Positions 56,106-64,000 of a stretch of 64,000 bases of DNA are shown here, piece after piece. The first letter of the stretch is position 1; every line of letters starts with the position of its first letter. The DNA comes from a virus: IMG/VR virus record IMGVR_UViG_3300037245_003267, positions 5,731 through 69,730 of that record; one strand, given 5' to 3'. The notes beneath the pieces were generated by a model. That model was not told where the DNA came from. It made no database searches and was given only the letters and a program-made list of their open reading frames with translations. A program made the translations under genes and the position numbers.

Positions 56106-56312
56106 CTATCCCCCGGTGTCCTCGGAGGTCTTCAGGTCCACGAAATCCACCAGGAGCTCCAGGAGCACCGTGGTGCGCTTCTCCGGGCGGAAGCGGATGT
56201 CGAGGCCCTTCGCCATCACCTCCACGGTCTTCCCGTCTTCGAAGACGAGCTCCACCTTGGTCTCGTGGGGCATTACCCCGCCCGTCATTCTGATCTTCGG
56301 AATCTCCGGCAT
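56106..56312 (-). CDS. Small beta-rich protein (paralog of neighbour)
   Basis: AGGAGGT RBS; VFEDGKTVEV. Confidence 0.75.
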   Translation of the reverse strand: MPEIPKIRMTGGVMPHETKVELVFEDGKTVEVMAKGLDIRFRPEKRTTVLLELLVDFVDLKTSEDTGG

Positions 56313-56322
56313 TGAGCACCTC

Positions 56323-56889
56323 CTATGCAAAGCCATCGGTCAACTGGTAAGAGTCGGCGTCGTAGCTCATCACGCCATCCACGCCGCTCGCCAAGGGATA
56401 GGCGAGAGAACTCGGCGATCCGAGGAAGGGCTTGATGAGCTCGAGAACACGTTGTGGCCACCGCGAGGCGCTCCGGTCGGTCGGCCGGAACCGTTCGACC
56501 TCGACCGAGCCGGCCTTCAGGCGCTTCTCGTTGGTGCCGGTGGTGGGGTTGTCCTGGACCGAGTCGGGATCGCCGGCGAGCTCCTCGCAGAGTTCCGCGA
56601 AGGCCTCCAGGATGTCCGGGGCGATGTCCGTGCTCGGGACGGGGTCCCCTTCCAGGTCGGTGAGCCCGGTGCGCGGGTGCGCGATCGCCTGGGATTCGGC
56701 CGTCTTGTCGCCTGCCCAGACTGTGCGATCGAACATGCGCGTGGCCGAGACCATGGCCTGGCGCTGTCCGGTGGCCACCTCGAGGGCGGCCCAATCGGAT
56801 GCGCCGAGCGATGCGGCCAGGTAGGTGGCCACGTCCGTCTGCTCTTCGTAGACGTCGTAGTCGGTCCCACCAATGTCCACTACAGGCAT
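56323..56889 (-). CDS. Head-tail adaptor (DnaT-like family)
   Basis: ATRMFD..W.G......HPR; KAGSVEVE. Confidence 0.82.
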   Translation of the reverse strand: MPVVDIGGTDYDVYEEQTDVATYLAASLGASDWAALEVATGQRQAMVSATRMFDRTVWAGDKTAESQAIAHPRTGLTDLEGDPVPSTDIAPDILEAFAELCEELAGDPDSVQDNPTTGTNEKRLKAGSVEVERFRPTDRSASRWPQRVLELIKPFLGSPSSLAYPLASGVDGVMSYDADSYQLTDGFA

Positions 56890-56904
56890 CAGGCTTCTCC
56901 TGGC

Positions 56905-57561
56905 TTATGGTCCAAGTTCAAATCGCCCATTCGCCGCCGACCACCGAACCGTATCACCGTCGTTCGGGGTCCCATGGTTCACATCGCTCAGTCCGACAAG
57001 CCTCGGAGCGGACAGAACACGCACGAAGAAAATGCCAGAATCCACATTCTGGAACAGACAGTATCCGATGACTGTCGTGAAGGCCGGGGCATCGGGGGGT
57101 GTAGCCCGCAGGGTCCCCGGTGTCGTTTCGGACAGGAACCCGATGCCACCCGCCGCAATCGCCGACGTGTCCGTATCTCGCACGAGGCCGCCCACGTTGA
57201 CATATCCGCTTTGATTGTCGTCGATCGGCTCGGTCGTCATACCGAGCGGCACGCTCCCGGCCCCGGTGCTCGCGTTCGCAAGAGCGATCGTGGGGCGGCT
57301 TCCCTGCGCCCCATTCACAAACACCGCCATGCCATTGTCGATATCAACGCCGGTCTTGTTCGTGCAGCGAACGAGCTGCTCTTGCCCGACCTGAAGCACG
57401 ACGCGCCCGCCTGGCAGCCCGTATTCCAGCGTGCCGTCCTCCGCGTTCCACTGAAGGCGGCCCTCCAAGACCCCGTCCTCGAAATCTGTCCGAAGGTTGA
57501 TGCTGTCGACGTGAGCACGCGGAGCGAGAATCGGTCTCGTGAACTTCTGGAACCCCATCAC
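56905..57561 (-). CDS. Probable head fibre/decoration protein
   Basis: NKTGVDI.NG..V.VNGAQG...GLVR..DTS; LSDV repeat. Confidence 0.7.
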   Translation of the reverse strand: MMGFQKFTRPILAPRAHVDSINLRTDFEDGVLEGRLQWNAEDGTLEYGLPGGRVVLQVGQEQLVRCTNKTGVDIDNGMAVFVNGAQGSRPTIALANASTGAGSVPLGMTTEPIDDNQSGYVNVGGLVRDTDTSAIAAGGIGFLSETTPGTLRATPPDAPAFTTVIGYCLFQNVDSGIFFVRVLSAPRLVGLSDVNHGTPNDGDTVRWSAANGRFELGP

Positions 57562-59027
57562 TCAGACTCCTGTCCCCCACTTGCGACGGCGGTGGGCTTG
57601 GGGATGTCCTTGCGGTCCGGCGGTAGCGGGGCCACAGGGGCCCCGTCGCCGTCTTTCTTGCCGCCCCCGCCGCTGAGCAGGGACAAGTCCTCGGGCGGCA
57701 CGTAGGGCACGTGGGCCGGCAGGCCGAGAAGCTCGCGGATGGCGTCGAGCGCCGGGTCGTCCGGGGCGATCATCGCGCCGGCCTGGGCCATGTCCACCAG
57801 CGAGCCCGTGATCTGCTCGATGTCGCGGTATTGGATCTGCGCGACCTTCATGGTCGGCATCGTCTCCTTGGGCCAGCCGTTCAGCTGCCAGATCGGCTTC
57901 AGGATGTCGCGCTGGACCTGCTGGCGGATCTCCTTCACCGCGCTGTCCACGATCAGCCCGAACTGCTGGGACTTGTCCCGCGCGAGCGCGAGCGAGCCCT
58001 TGCCGTCCGTCCCGAGCAGCAGCCAGTCGACGCCGAGGATGCGCGCGATCTCGGCGGTGATCCGGGTGATGGCCACGCTCGCGTCCGGCATCACCACGCT
58101 GCCGCCCTTCATGACGTCCAAGCTCCACTGCGCCACGGCGGTGGGCGTGTTCGCCTCGTCCTGCGATGCGTAGGTCATCGAGTCCAGGAGCAGCCCGTAG
58201 TCGCTCGTCCGGACGTGGTTCTCTACGACGTCCCGAAGCGGCTTCAGGAGGTCCTCGACCTGCGCCTCGGTGAGCTTGCCGGCTTCCTGGGCCTGGCGGA
58301 TGGCGGCCAAGGGTGCGCGCCCGATCGGGATCCCTCGAAGGTCCGTCTCGAACCCGATCATCTCGAGCTCTTGGATCCGGCGAAGCCGCGCGCCCGGGTC
58401 GGCGCAGTGGCGGAACAGGCCGAGCCCCTCCGGGCCGTCCTCGATCGAGTCGTCCAGCATGTAGAGGATCTTGGAGCGCGGAAGGAAGATCTCCTGGCTG
58501 GTCTGCGGGTCCCGCTGGTAGGCGCCGAGCACCTCGCCGTGGTCGCCCATCTCCCACCGCTCGATCGTCTTCTGCCCGCGGGCCTCCACGTCCAGCAGAC
58601 CGATCTTGCCGTCGTCCCGGATCTTCGCGGTCCACTCCTGGATGCCGAAGCCGTAGAACTTATACATCGAGGCCCGCCGCACCACCCGGTGCCAGCTGGA
58701 GTCCATGTCGTCCAGCATCTCATCCACGAACTCCGCGGCCTCCACGCCGCCGGGCCCCTCTGCGGGTTCGGCCTTCCACTCGGGCTTCGCCACGAGGTTC
58801 AGGAAGTAGCGCACGCCGGCCGCCACGATCGAGATGTTGGCGACGAGCTCCGAGAAGGTCTTGTATCGAAGCTGCCCCTGCAGGTTCGGGTCCTTCTCCG
58901 GCCGGATGACGAAGCCACCGAACACGGCGACGCCGCTGGTGCCGAGCTTCTTGGTCTTGGACGCCGACTTGGGCGCCGGGGCGGCCTCGGTCCCGAGCGC
59001 CTTCTGGATCGTTACGTCGTCTGGCAC
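57558..59027 (-). CDS. Portal protein
   Basis: FYGFGIQEW, PEGLGLFR, DLRGIP, GSLALA; follows TerL. Confidence 0.9.
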   Translation of the reverse strand: MPDDVTIQKALGTEAAPAPKSASKTKKLGTSGVAVFGGFVIRPEKDPNLQGQLRYKTFSELVANISIVAAGVRYFLNLVAKPEWKAEPAEGPGGVEAAEFVDEMLDDMDSSWHRVVRRASMYKFYGFGIQEWTAKIRDDGKIGLLDVEARGQKTIERWEMGDHGEVLGAYQRDPQTSQEIFLPRSKILYMLDDSIEDGPEGLGLFRHCADPGARLRRIQELEMIGFETDLRGIPIGRAPLAAIRQAQEAGKLTEAQVEDLLKPLRDVVENHVRTSDYGLLLDSMTYASQDEANTPTAVAQWSLDVMKGGSVVMPDASVAITRITAEIARILGVDWLLLGTDGKGSLALARDKSQQFGLIVDSAVKEIRQQVQRDILKPIWQLNGWPKETMPTMKVAQIQYRDIEQITGSLVDMAQAGAMIAPDDPALDAIRELLGLPAHVPYVPPEDLSLLSGGGGKKDGDGAPVAPLPPDRKDIPKPTAVASGGQESE

Positions 59028-60574
59028 AGGATCACCTCCGGGGCTGCGAAGTGGTATTGCTTGGTCGCCGTCATCGCAAGGATCCTCGAGTAAGCGCGAC
59101 TCGTTCCGTCGACCTGGTCGTCGTTGGCTCCGCGAGGGAAGGAAGCGAACTCGTCGAGGTAATCTTCGTTCCAACTCGCGTCGACGAGAAAGAGATTACC
59201 AGCTTGAGCTTGTGCGGCCAGGGGCTCGGCACGTAATTCCTTGGAGCCGCTCTCCGACGAGAACCGCACCAGGTAACCATGTAAGAGACGCGCCAGTGCG
59301 GCTTTCTGTGTCTTGCCGGCCTGTCCCGGGTCCTGCGGGATGTCCTGGATGCATGAAAGTCCGTCCCGCTCCGCGGTCGTTTTCATCAGCATCTCGACCT
59401 CGTAGGCCGTCCCCTGGATGCGCCGAACGTCCAGGATCCAGAGGCGGCCTTCGGCGTCGATCCCCATCTTCACGCCCGCCGTGTAGGACGACCGAACCCC
59501 CGTCGAGGCCGCGAGGTCCCAGCCGCGGCAGACGAACGACATCTTCGGCGCAGCGAAGGTCGGCACCTGGAAGTCCGCCTTCTGGAACGAGCCGCCGCCG
59601 CGGGGCGCTGGCCTCTGCTGCAGCTGCCCGGCCTCGGCGTAGACGCCGCCCCACGCGCGCAGGTTCTTCTTCAGGTCCTGGACCTGGCGCCCCGGGAAGC
59701 GGGGCGGGCAGAGCAGCTCCCCGAGCTTCGTCCGCGGGTCCTTGAAGCCCAGGGCGGTCTTCGACTTGTAGGGGTGGTCGGGCTCATACTCCATCGGCAG
59801 GCAGAGATGGTCGAAGCCGAGCTCCTTGGCCAGGATCAGCCCCGACACGTCGCGCTCGTGCACGCGCTGCATGATCACCACCATGGCCGAGTTCTCGTCG
59901 TTGAAGCGCGTCGAGACCACCTCGGAGAACCACTGAAGGGCCCCGTCCCGCTTCAACTCCGACTCCGCCTCGCGCACGTTGTGGGGGTCATCGATGATGA
60001 ACCGATCGCCACGCTCGCCGGTGGCCACTCCCCCAACCGACGTGGCGAACCGCCACCCCATCTTCGTGTTGTCATAACGGATCTTCTGGTTCTGCTCGGC
60101 CAGCAGCTGGAAGCGATCGCCCCAGAACTGCTGGAACCACCCGGAGAGCATCAGTGTGCGGCAGTGTCTGTTATCTCTGATCGCCAGCGCCTCGGCGTAG
60201 CTTGCGGTGATGAACTGTGTCCACGGCCGGTTCAGCGGGCCCCACTCCCACGCCGGCCAATAGACATTGACGAACCGGCTCTTGGTGCAGCCGGGCGGAA
60301 TATTAATCAGAAGGCGCTTAATTTGCCCGTGGGTCACCGCCTCGAGATGCTCGGCCATCGCGCCCAGGTGCCACCCGTCCACGAACGGACGCGCCGGCTC
60401 GAGCACGTGCCAGCCCTTCCGAACGAAGTCGATGAAGTGCTCCTCGCAGTCCAGTCGATCGAGCTCAAGCTCGAAGGCGTCCGGATCCCGAACCGCGGAA
60501 GCGAGCATCTCATCGTAGCCCGGGTGCGACACCGGCTCCTTGCGGGCCATGGCATCGATCGGAGTGCCCTTCAT
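59012..60574 (-). CDS. terL: Terminase large subunit
   Basis: INIPPGCTKS, IIDDPH, WDLA, DDQVD. Confidence 0.95.
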   Translation of the reverse strand: MKGTPIDAMARKEPVSHPGYDEMLASAVRDPDAFELELDRLDCEEHFIDFVRKGWHVLEPARPFVDGWHLGAMAEHLEAVTHGQIKRLLINIPPGCTKSRFVNVYWPAWEWGPLNRPWTQFITASYAEALAIRDNRHCRTLMLSGWFQQFWGDRFQLLAEQNQKIRYDNTKMGWRFATSVGGVATGERGDRFIIDDPHNVREAESELKRDGALQWFSEVVSTRFNDENSAMVVIMQRVHERDVSGLILAKELGFDHLCLPMEYEPDHPYKSKTALGFKDPRTKLGELLCPPRFPGRQVQDLKKNLRAWGGVYAEAGQLQQRPAPRGGGSFQKADFQVPTFAAPKMSFVCRGWDLAASTGVRSSYTAGVKMGIDAEGRLWILDVRRIQGTAYEVEMLMKTTAERDGLSCIQDIPQDPGQAGKTQKAALARLLHGYLVRFSSESGSKELRAEPLAAQAQAGNLFLVDASWNEDYLDEFASFPRGANDDQVDGTSRAYSRILAMTATKQYHFAAPEVILCQTT

Positions 60575-61233
60575 CGCGCTCGCCCCTTGTTATTCTGGCC
60601 GGCGCCCCCCTTGCCGGCCTTCTTCGAGACCGGGAGCACCACGTCGTGCGCTTCGACCTTCCCGAGATCCTTGAGCGTCTCGCCTGGGAGCGCCCCCTGC
60701 TGGATCGGGAGGCGCCGCTCCTCGTCCGTCTCGGGCCCGTCGAGCGCGTGGTGATTCTGGCGGACCTCCTCGATGACGATGCGGAAGCTCTCGCGCGCCC
60801 GGCGCGTCAGGAACTTCAACTCCCGAGGCGGCGCCAGCTGCTCCTTGCTCTCCGCCTGGAGGATGGCCACCTGGTTCTCCACCTCCACCGAGATGGCGGT
60901 GCCCGGCTTCTGCGGCTCGATCAACGCCTTGCACAGCAGCATCGCCATCGTCCGGTCCTCGTAGGCGAGCTCGACGCAGTATTCGATCAGGCTCTGGCCA
61001 CGACGCCGGCCCTCCCGGTCCATCGCCTCCTTGAAGAGTGTCCTGAAGTGCTTCCCCTTGTGGACCCCCTTCGTGGCCGCCGCGATCGCCTGGCCCTCAT
61101 GGCCCGTCAGGTTGCCGGGAACGAAGCGCCCCGTCTTCGAGTCCCGGTCGCTCACCTCCGTGGCCAGCGACACATTGACGTCCGTCGTGGTCAGTGCTTG
61201 ACTCTCGTCAGGCCCTTTCTCTTCTTCGGCCAT
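60571..61233 (-). CDS. terS: Terminase small subunit (probable)
   Basis: RDSKTGRFVPGN motif, coupled to terL, GGAGG RBS. Confidence 0.75.
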   Translation of the reverse strand: MAEEEKGPDESQALTTTDVNVSLATEVSDRDSKTGRFVPGNLTGHEGQAIAAATKGVHKGKHFRTLFKEAMDREGRRRGQSLIEYCVELAYEDRTMAMLLCKALIEPQKPGTAISVEVENQVAILQAESKEQLAPPRELKFLTRRARESFRIVIEEVRQNHHALDGPETDEERRLPIQQGALPGETLKDLGKVEAHDVVLPVSKKAGKGGAGQNNKGRAR

Positions 61234-61295
61234 CCCGCGAACCCTCCAAAGGCCAAGTCTCCCGAGTCCTGCAACACCGAAAGGAGCGCCGCCTG

Positions 61296-62861
61296 GTGCT
61301 GATTCTGACACGAAAAGGGATCCGTGACTATCTGCGGACCTTCCGCAAGGCGTCTCTCGACAAGCTCGCAGAGATCGCAAACCCAGAGAGTTCTCTACGC
61401 CACTCTCTCTACGGGCGCAACACCGTCTCCAAGATCGGGACCGTGGGCGAGTGCGACCCCAACGGCGCCGAAACGTGGTCAATCAGCGCCTACGACGCCC
61501 TCTTGCCCATCTACAACGCCGTCAAGGAGCACGGCCACAAGGGCGGCCTCGAATGGCTCGGGCGCGTCATGAAGTTCGCCCTCGACATCGTTCCCTGGTG
61601 GATCAACGCCTTCCAGATCCCGCCCGGAGAAGATGCCCGCTTCGAGCCCTGCGAAAGCCGAGACGAGATGCTCGCGCAGGGGAAGAAGGGCGACACCGAC
61701 CCCAGACGCCACTTCGCCTGCTACGGGCTCGCCCTCCTCGTGGTGAAGCTCCTGCACCTCAACCTCTGGACGAAGGCCCAGGCCATCAACTTCCTCTGGA
61801 CCCTCCTCGCGGACCAACTCAACAGCCTCCCGCGCAGGGCACGCTTCCAGAGGGAATACCTCCGCTACGGGCACACCATCGCCGGCCTCGCCGGCATCTG
61901 TGAGGCCGCACACGAGCTCGGGGCGGACGGGGAGGCCATCAAGGCCGCAGCCCACCACGCCCTCACCAACGCCGTCGCCTTCGCATACCGAGGGGAATGG
62001 GCCACCAGGCACGATCGGGACGTCATGGACCTCCGCATCTGGACCTACGGTGGCTTCCGCTTCGACGACTACCTCAACCGCTACACCCCCGCCTTCCCGG
62101 ACGGCCACTTCCTCTACGGAGGCCAGACCTGGTATTACGCCATCTGCGGCCGGGCCCTGGCTCGCACCTGGCGAACCGCCAAGCTCATCGGCGACAAGGC
62201 CCTCGAGGGACTCGCCATCACCCGCTTCTTCCAACTCACCGACTGGATGGATCCCCTCCTTCGAACCCAGATGCCCACCAGGCCGCTCTGGAACGAGGAC
62301 GCCACCGCCGAGGGACCCATGTTCTTCAACTCCCTCCTGATGGGCGGAACCAGGGACGGAACCACCAGACCGCCATACCTCACCGTGGACGACGCCCGCG
62401 ACGGCAAGGTCCTGTCCATCAGCCAGTGGGAGGAACTCGCCCAGGACCAGACGTTCGTCCGATTCGCCGGATGCGAGTTCCACGAAGGCGACGAGGACGC
62501 GTATTGGGCCACCACCTACACCGACCCCGCCGGCGTCACCCACAAGCGCGGACACGGCAACGCCGGACGCCAGGCCCCGGGCCTCCCCGGATACGACGTC
62601 CAGAACTGCCACGCCATGTGGGGATGCCTGATCATGCGCGCACTCGCCTCCGGGAACCCCAACCTACGAAGGCTCGCAGAGATCGCCGGCGTCACAGCCG
62701 TCGCTCTCGGGAACTCAACGGATCTCCACCAGAGCTTGAGCAGAGCCATGGACCCCGAGAAGGGCATGCACACCGGACTCAACGCTGTCGGACAGTTCTC
62801 ACGAGCCTACTGCTGGAACTGGTCCGCCATGGACGAGCTCGCCCTATCCCTACAGGTCTGA
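61296..62861 (+). CDS. Large aromatic-rich helical protein, possible alpha/alpha-toroid glycan-active enzyme
   Basis: AAGGAG RBS before GTG 61296; very strong C3 codon bias. Confidence 0.7.
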   Translation: MLILTRKGIRDYLRTFRKASLDKLAEIANPESSLRHSLYGRNTVSKIGTVGECDPNGAETWSISAYDALLPIYNAVKEHGHKGGLEWLGRVMKFALDIVPWWINAFQIPPGEDARFEPCESRDEMLAQGKKGDTDPRRHFACYGLALLVVKLLHLNLWTKAQAINFLWTLLADQLNSLPRRARFQREYLRYGHTIAGLAGICEAAHELGADGEAIKAAAHHALTNAVAFAYRGEWATRHDRDVMDLRIWTYGGFRFDDYLNRYTPAFPDGHFLYGGQTWYYAICGRALARTWRTAKLIGDKALEGLAITRFFQLTDWMDPLLRTQMPTRPLWNEDATAEGPMFFNSLLMGGTRDGTTRPPYLTVDDARDGKVLSISQWEELAQDQTFVRFAGCEFHEGDEDAYWATTYTDPAGVTHKRGHGNAGRQAPGLPGYDVQNCHAMWGCLIMRALASGNPNLRRLAEIAGVTAVALGNSTDLHQSLSRAMDPEKGMHTGLNAVGQFSRAYCWNWSAMDELALSLQV

Positions 62862-63231
62862 TCCCAACCCAACCAGGCCCGGCGTAGGATCTCCGCGCCG
62901 GGCCCCCCACAGCCCCCCGATCGCGCCCCCTGCCCCCCGCCGTAGACCGCTGATCAGAACCGGATCCGATCCCCACGGACACCCCAAACCGCCCCCAAAC
63001 GCCTCACCGCGCCCTTTCCGACTCCTGTCCACCGGGACGCCCCGCCGTCAAACCAAAGACCCAGGGATCCAGAATGGGGAGAAAGGAGGACATGATCAAA
63101 AAATGAAACAAGTCGATCGAGGAGGGTAGGCGATCCGCCCCCCCAGAGGAGAGATCTGGCGGAATCTGGCGGGAAAATCCTTCCCACTCACCAGGACCTG
63201 GTGACCCCTGCCCCGATCAGGTGGGAAGATC
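62859..63231. repeat. GATC-dense non-coding segment (13 sites in about 370 bp)
   Basis: Manual count. Confidence 0.8.
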
Positions 63232-63282
63232 CTTCCCTCTATTCGCCATCGGGTGGGGGCGCCCGGGGGGCGCGGGGTCGGC

Positions 63283-63399
63283 CTACCGGGCCGCGGCGGC
63301 GCGGCGGTGGGCCTTGGCGAGGCGGTCGAGGTCGGCTTGCGCGAGGCGGAGGGCGCGGCGGGCGGCGGCGGCGCGGTCGTAGGGGGCGGGCTTCTTCAT
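63283..63399 (-). CDS. 38-aa early peptide MKKPAPYDRAAAARALRLAQADLDRLAKAHRRAAAR
   Basis: ACGGAGAAGCACG-ATG and own promoter. Confidence 0.7.
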   Translation of the reverse strand: MKKPAPYDRAAAARRALRLAQADLDRLAKAHRRAAAAR

Positions 63400-63464
63400 C
63401 GTGCTTCTCCGTTCGGGGTCGGCGGTTCTCCGGGCGGGCGTCCTTCGCCCCCCGGCCTACCTAC

Positions 63465-63501
63465 AGCTTCGGCAGACCCCGGCCTCGGCTGAAGGGTATT
63501 C
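63465..63501 (-). promoter_or_regulatory. Early promoter GAATACC-CTTCAG-N15-GCCGAAGCT
   Basis: ttcggc 63468-63473, ctgaag 63489-63494. Confidence 0.8.
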
Positions 63502-63514
63502 CGGAAATACCCGA

Positions 63515-63972
63515 CCCCCCTACTACGGGGCCTGCGGGCGCCGCTACGGGCCGCGGGCGTGGTTGGGCCTACGGGGCGCCCGGGTAGGGGGGGGGCCTGC
63601 GTGCGGCGCGGTGGGGCAGGGTAGGGGGGGGTCCGGTAGGCGTAGCGTGCGCCCCCCCCCCAACGGGGGCGTGGCGTAGGAGGCGGCGCCTACCCGGGGT
63701 CGGAAGGGGGGCGCCTACCCCGTGGCCTACCGGGGCGCGGCCTACCCGGGCCGCTACGGGGGCGCCCCTACCGGGCCTACCTACCGGGCCGGCCTGGACG
63801 GGGGGCCGCTACCCGGGCGCCTACCCTACCGGGACGGGCGGCCCCACCCCGGGCGCCTACGTGCGGCCGTGCGAGGCGGCGGCCCCCCCCGACCCCCGAC
63901 GCGGCGGCTTCCGGGCCTACTTCCGGTCCGGGCTCTGGCCCTCTTCGGTCCTAAGTCTTTGCTGTGTAGGGG
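63515..63972. repeat. Non-coding cluster of about 20 (C/G)CTAC / GTAG(G/C) motifs
   Basis: Manual count, both orientations. Confidence 0.75.
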
Positions 63973-64000
63973 GTTCAGCGAATACGAGGGCGGTGGCGAG

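Overview
High-GC tailed-phage (siphovirus-like) DNA that looks like nearly a whole, circularly permuted genome: the same early promoter/RBS cassette occurs at both window ends. Layout: (i) early region (63.3 kb-end, 1-4.5 kb) of single-gene cassettes, each with a conserved sigma28-like promoter; (ii) recombination/replication block (DEDDh exonuclease, RecT-like annealase, PD-(D/E)XK exonuclease, ParB-methyltransferase, SMC-like ATPase, DnaC-like loader, initiator with internal iterons); (iii) about 14 kb of short rightward accessory genes (17-31 kb); (iv) leftward morphogenesis operon (TerS, TerL, portal, head, neck, tail, tape measure, tail tip, membrane/lysis-type genes); (v) a divergent large helical protein followed by GATC-dense and CTAC-dense non-coding DNA. 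I could not recognise an integrase, repressor, DNA polymerase or endolysin. The most striking observation is a set of small or mosaic ORFs that copy short conserved pieces of the phage's own terminase and major capsid protein (best case: a 52-aa TerL Walker-B mini-paralog at 55715-55873, absent from the ORF track), which may be immune decoys. Also notable: strongly organised GATC geography and several multi-stem RNAs. All family calls come from motif recognition by eye, and all counts are manual.
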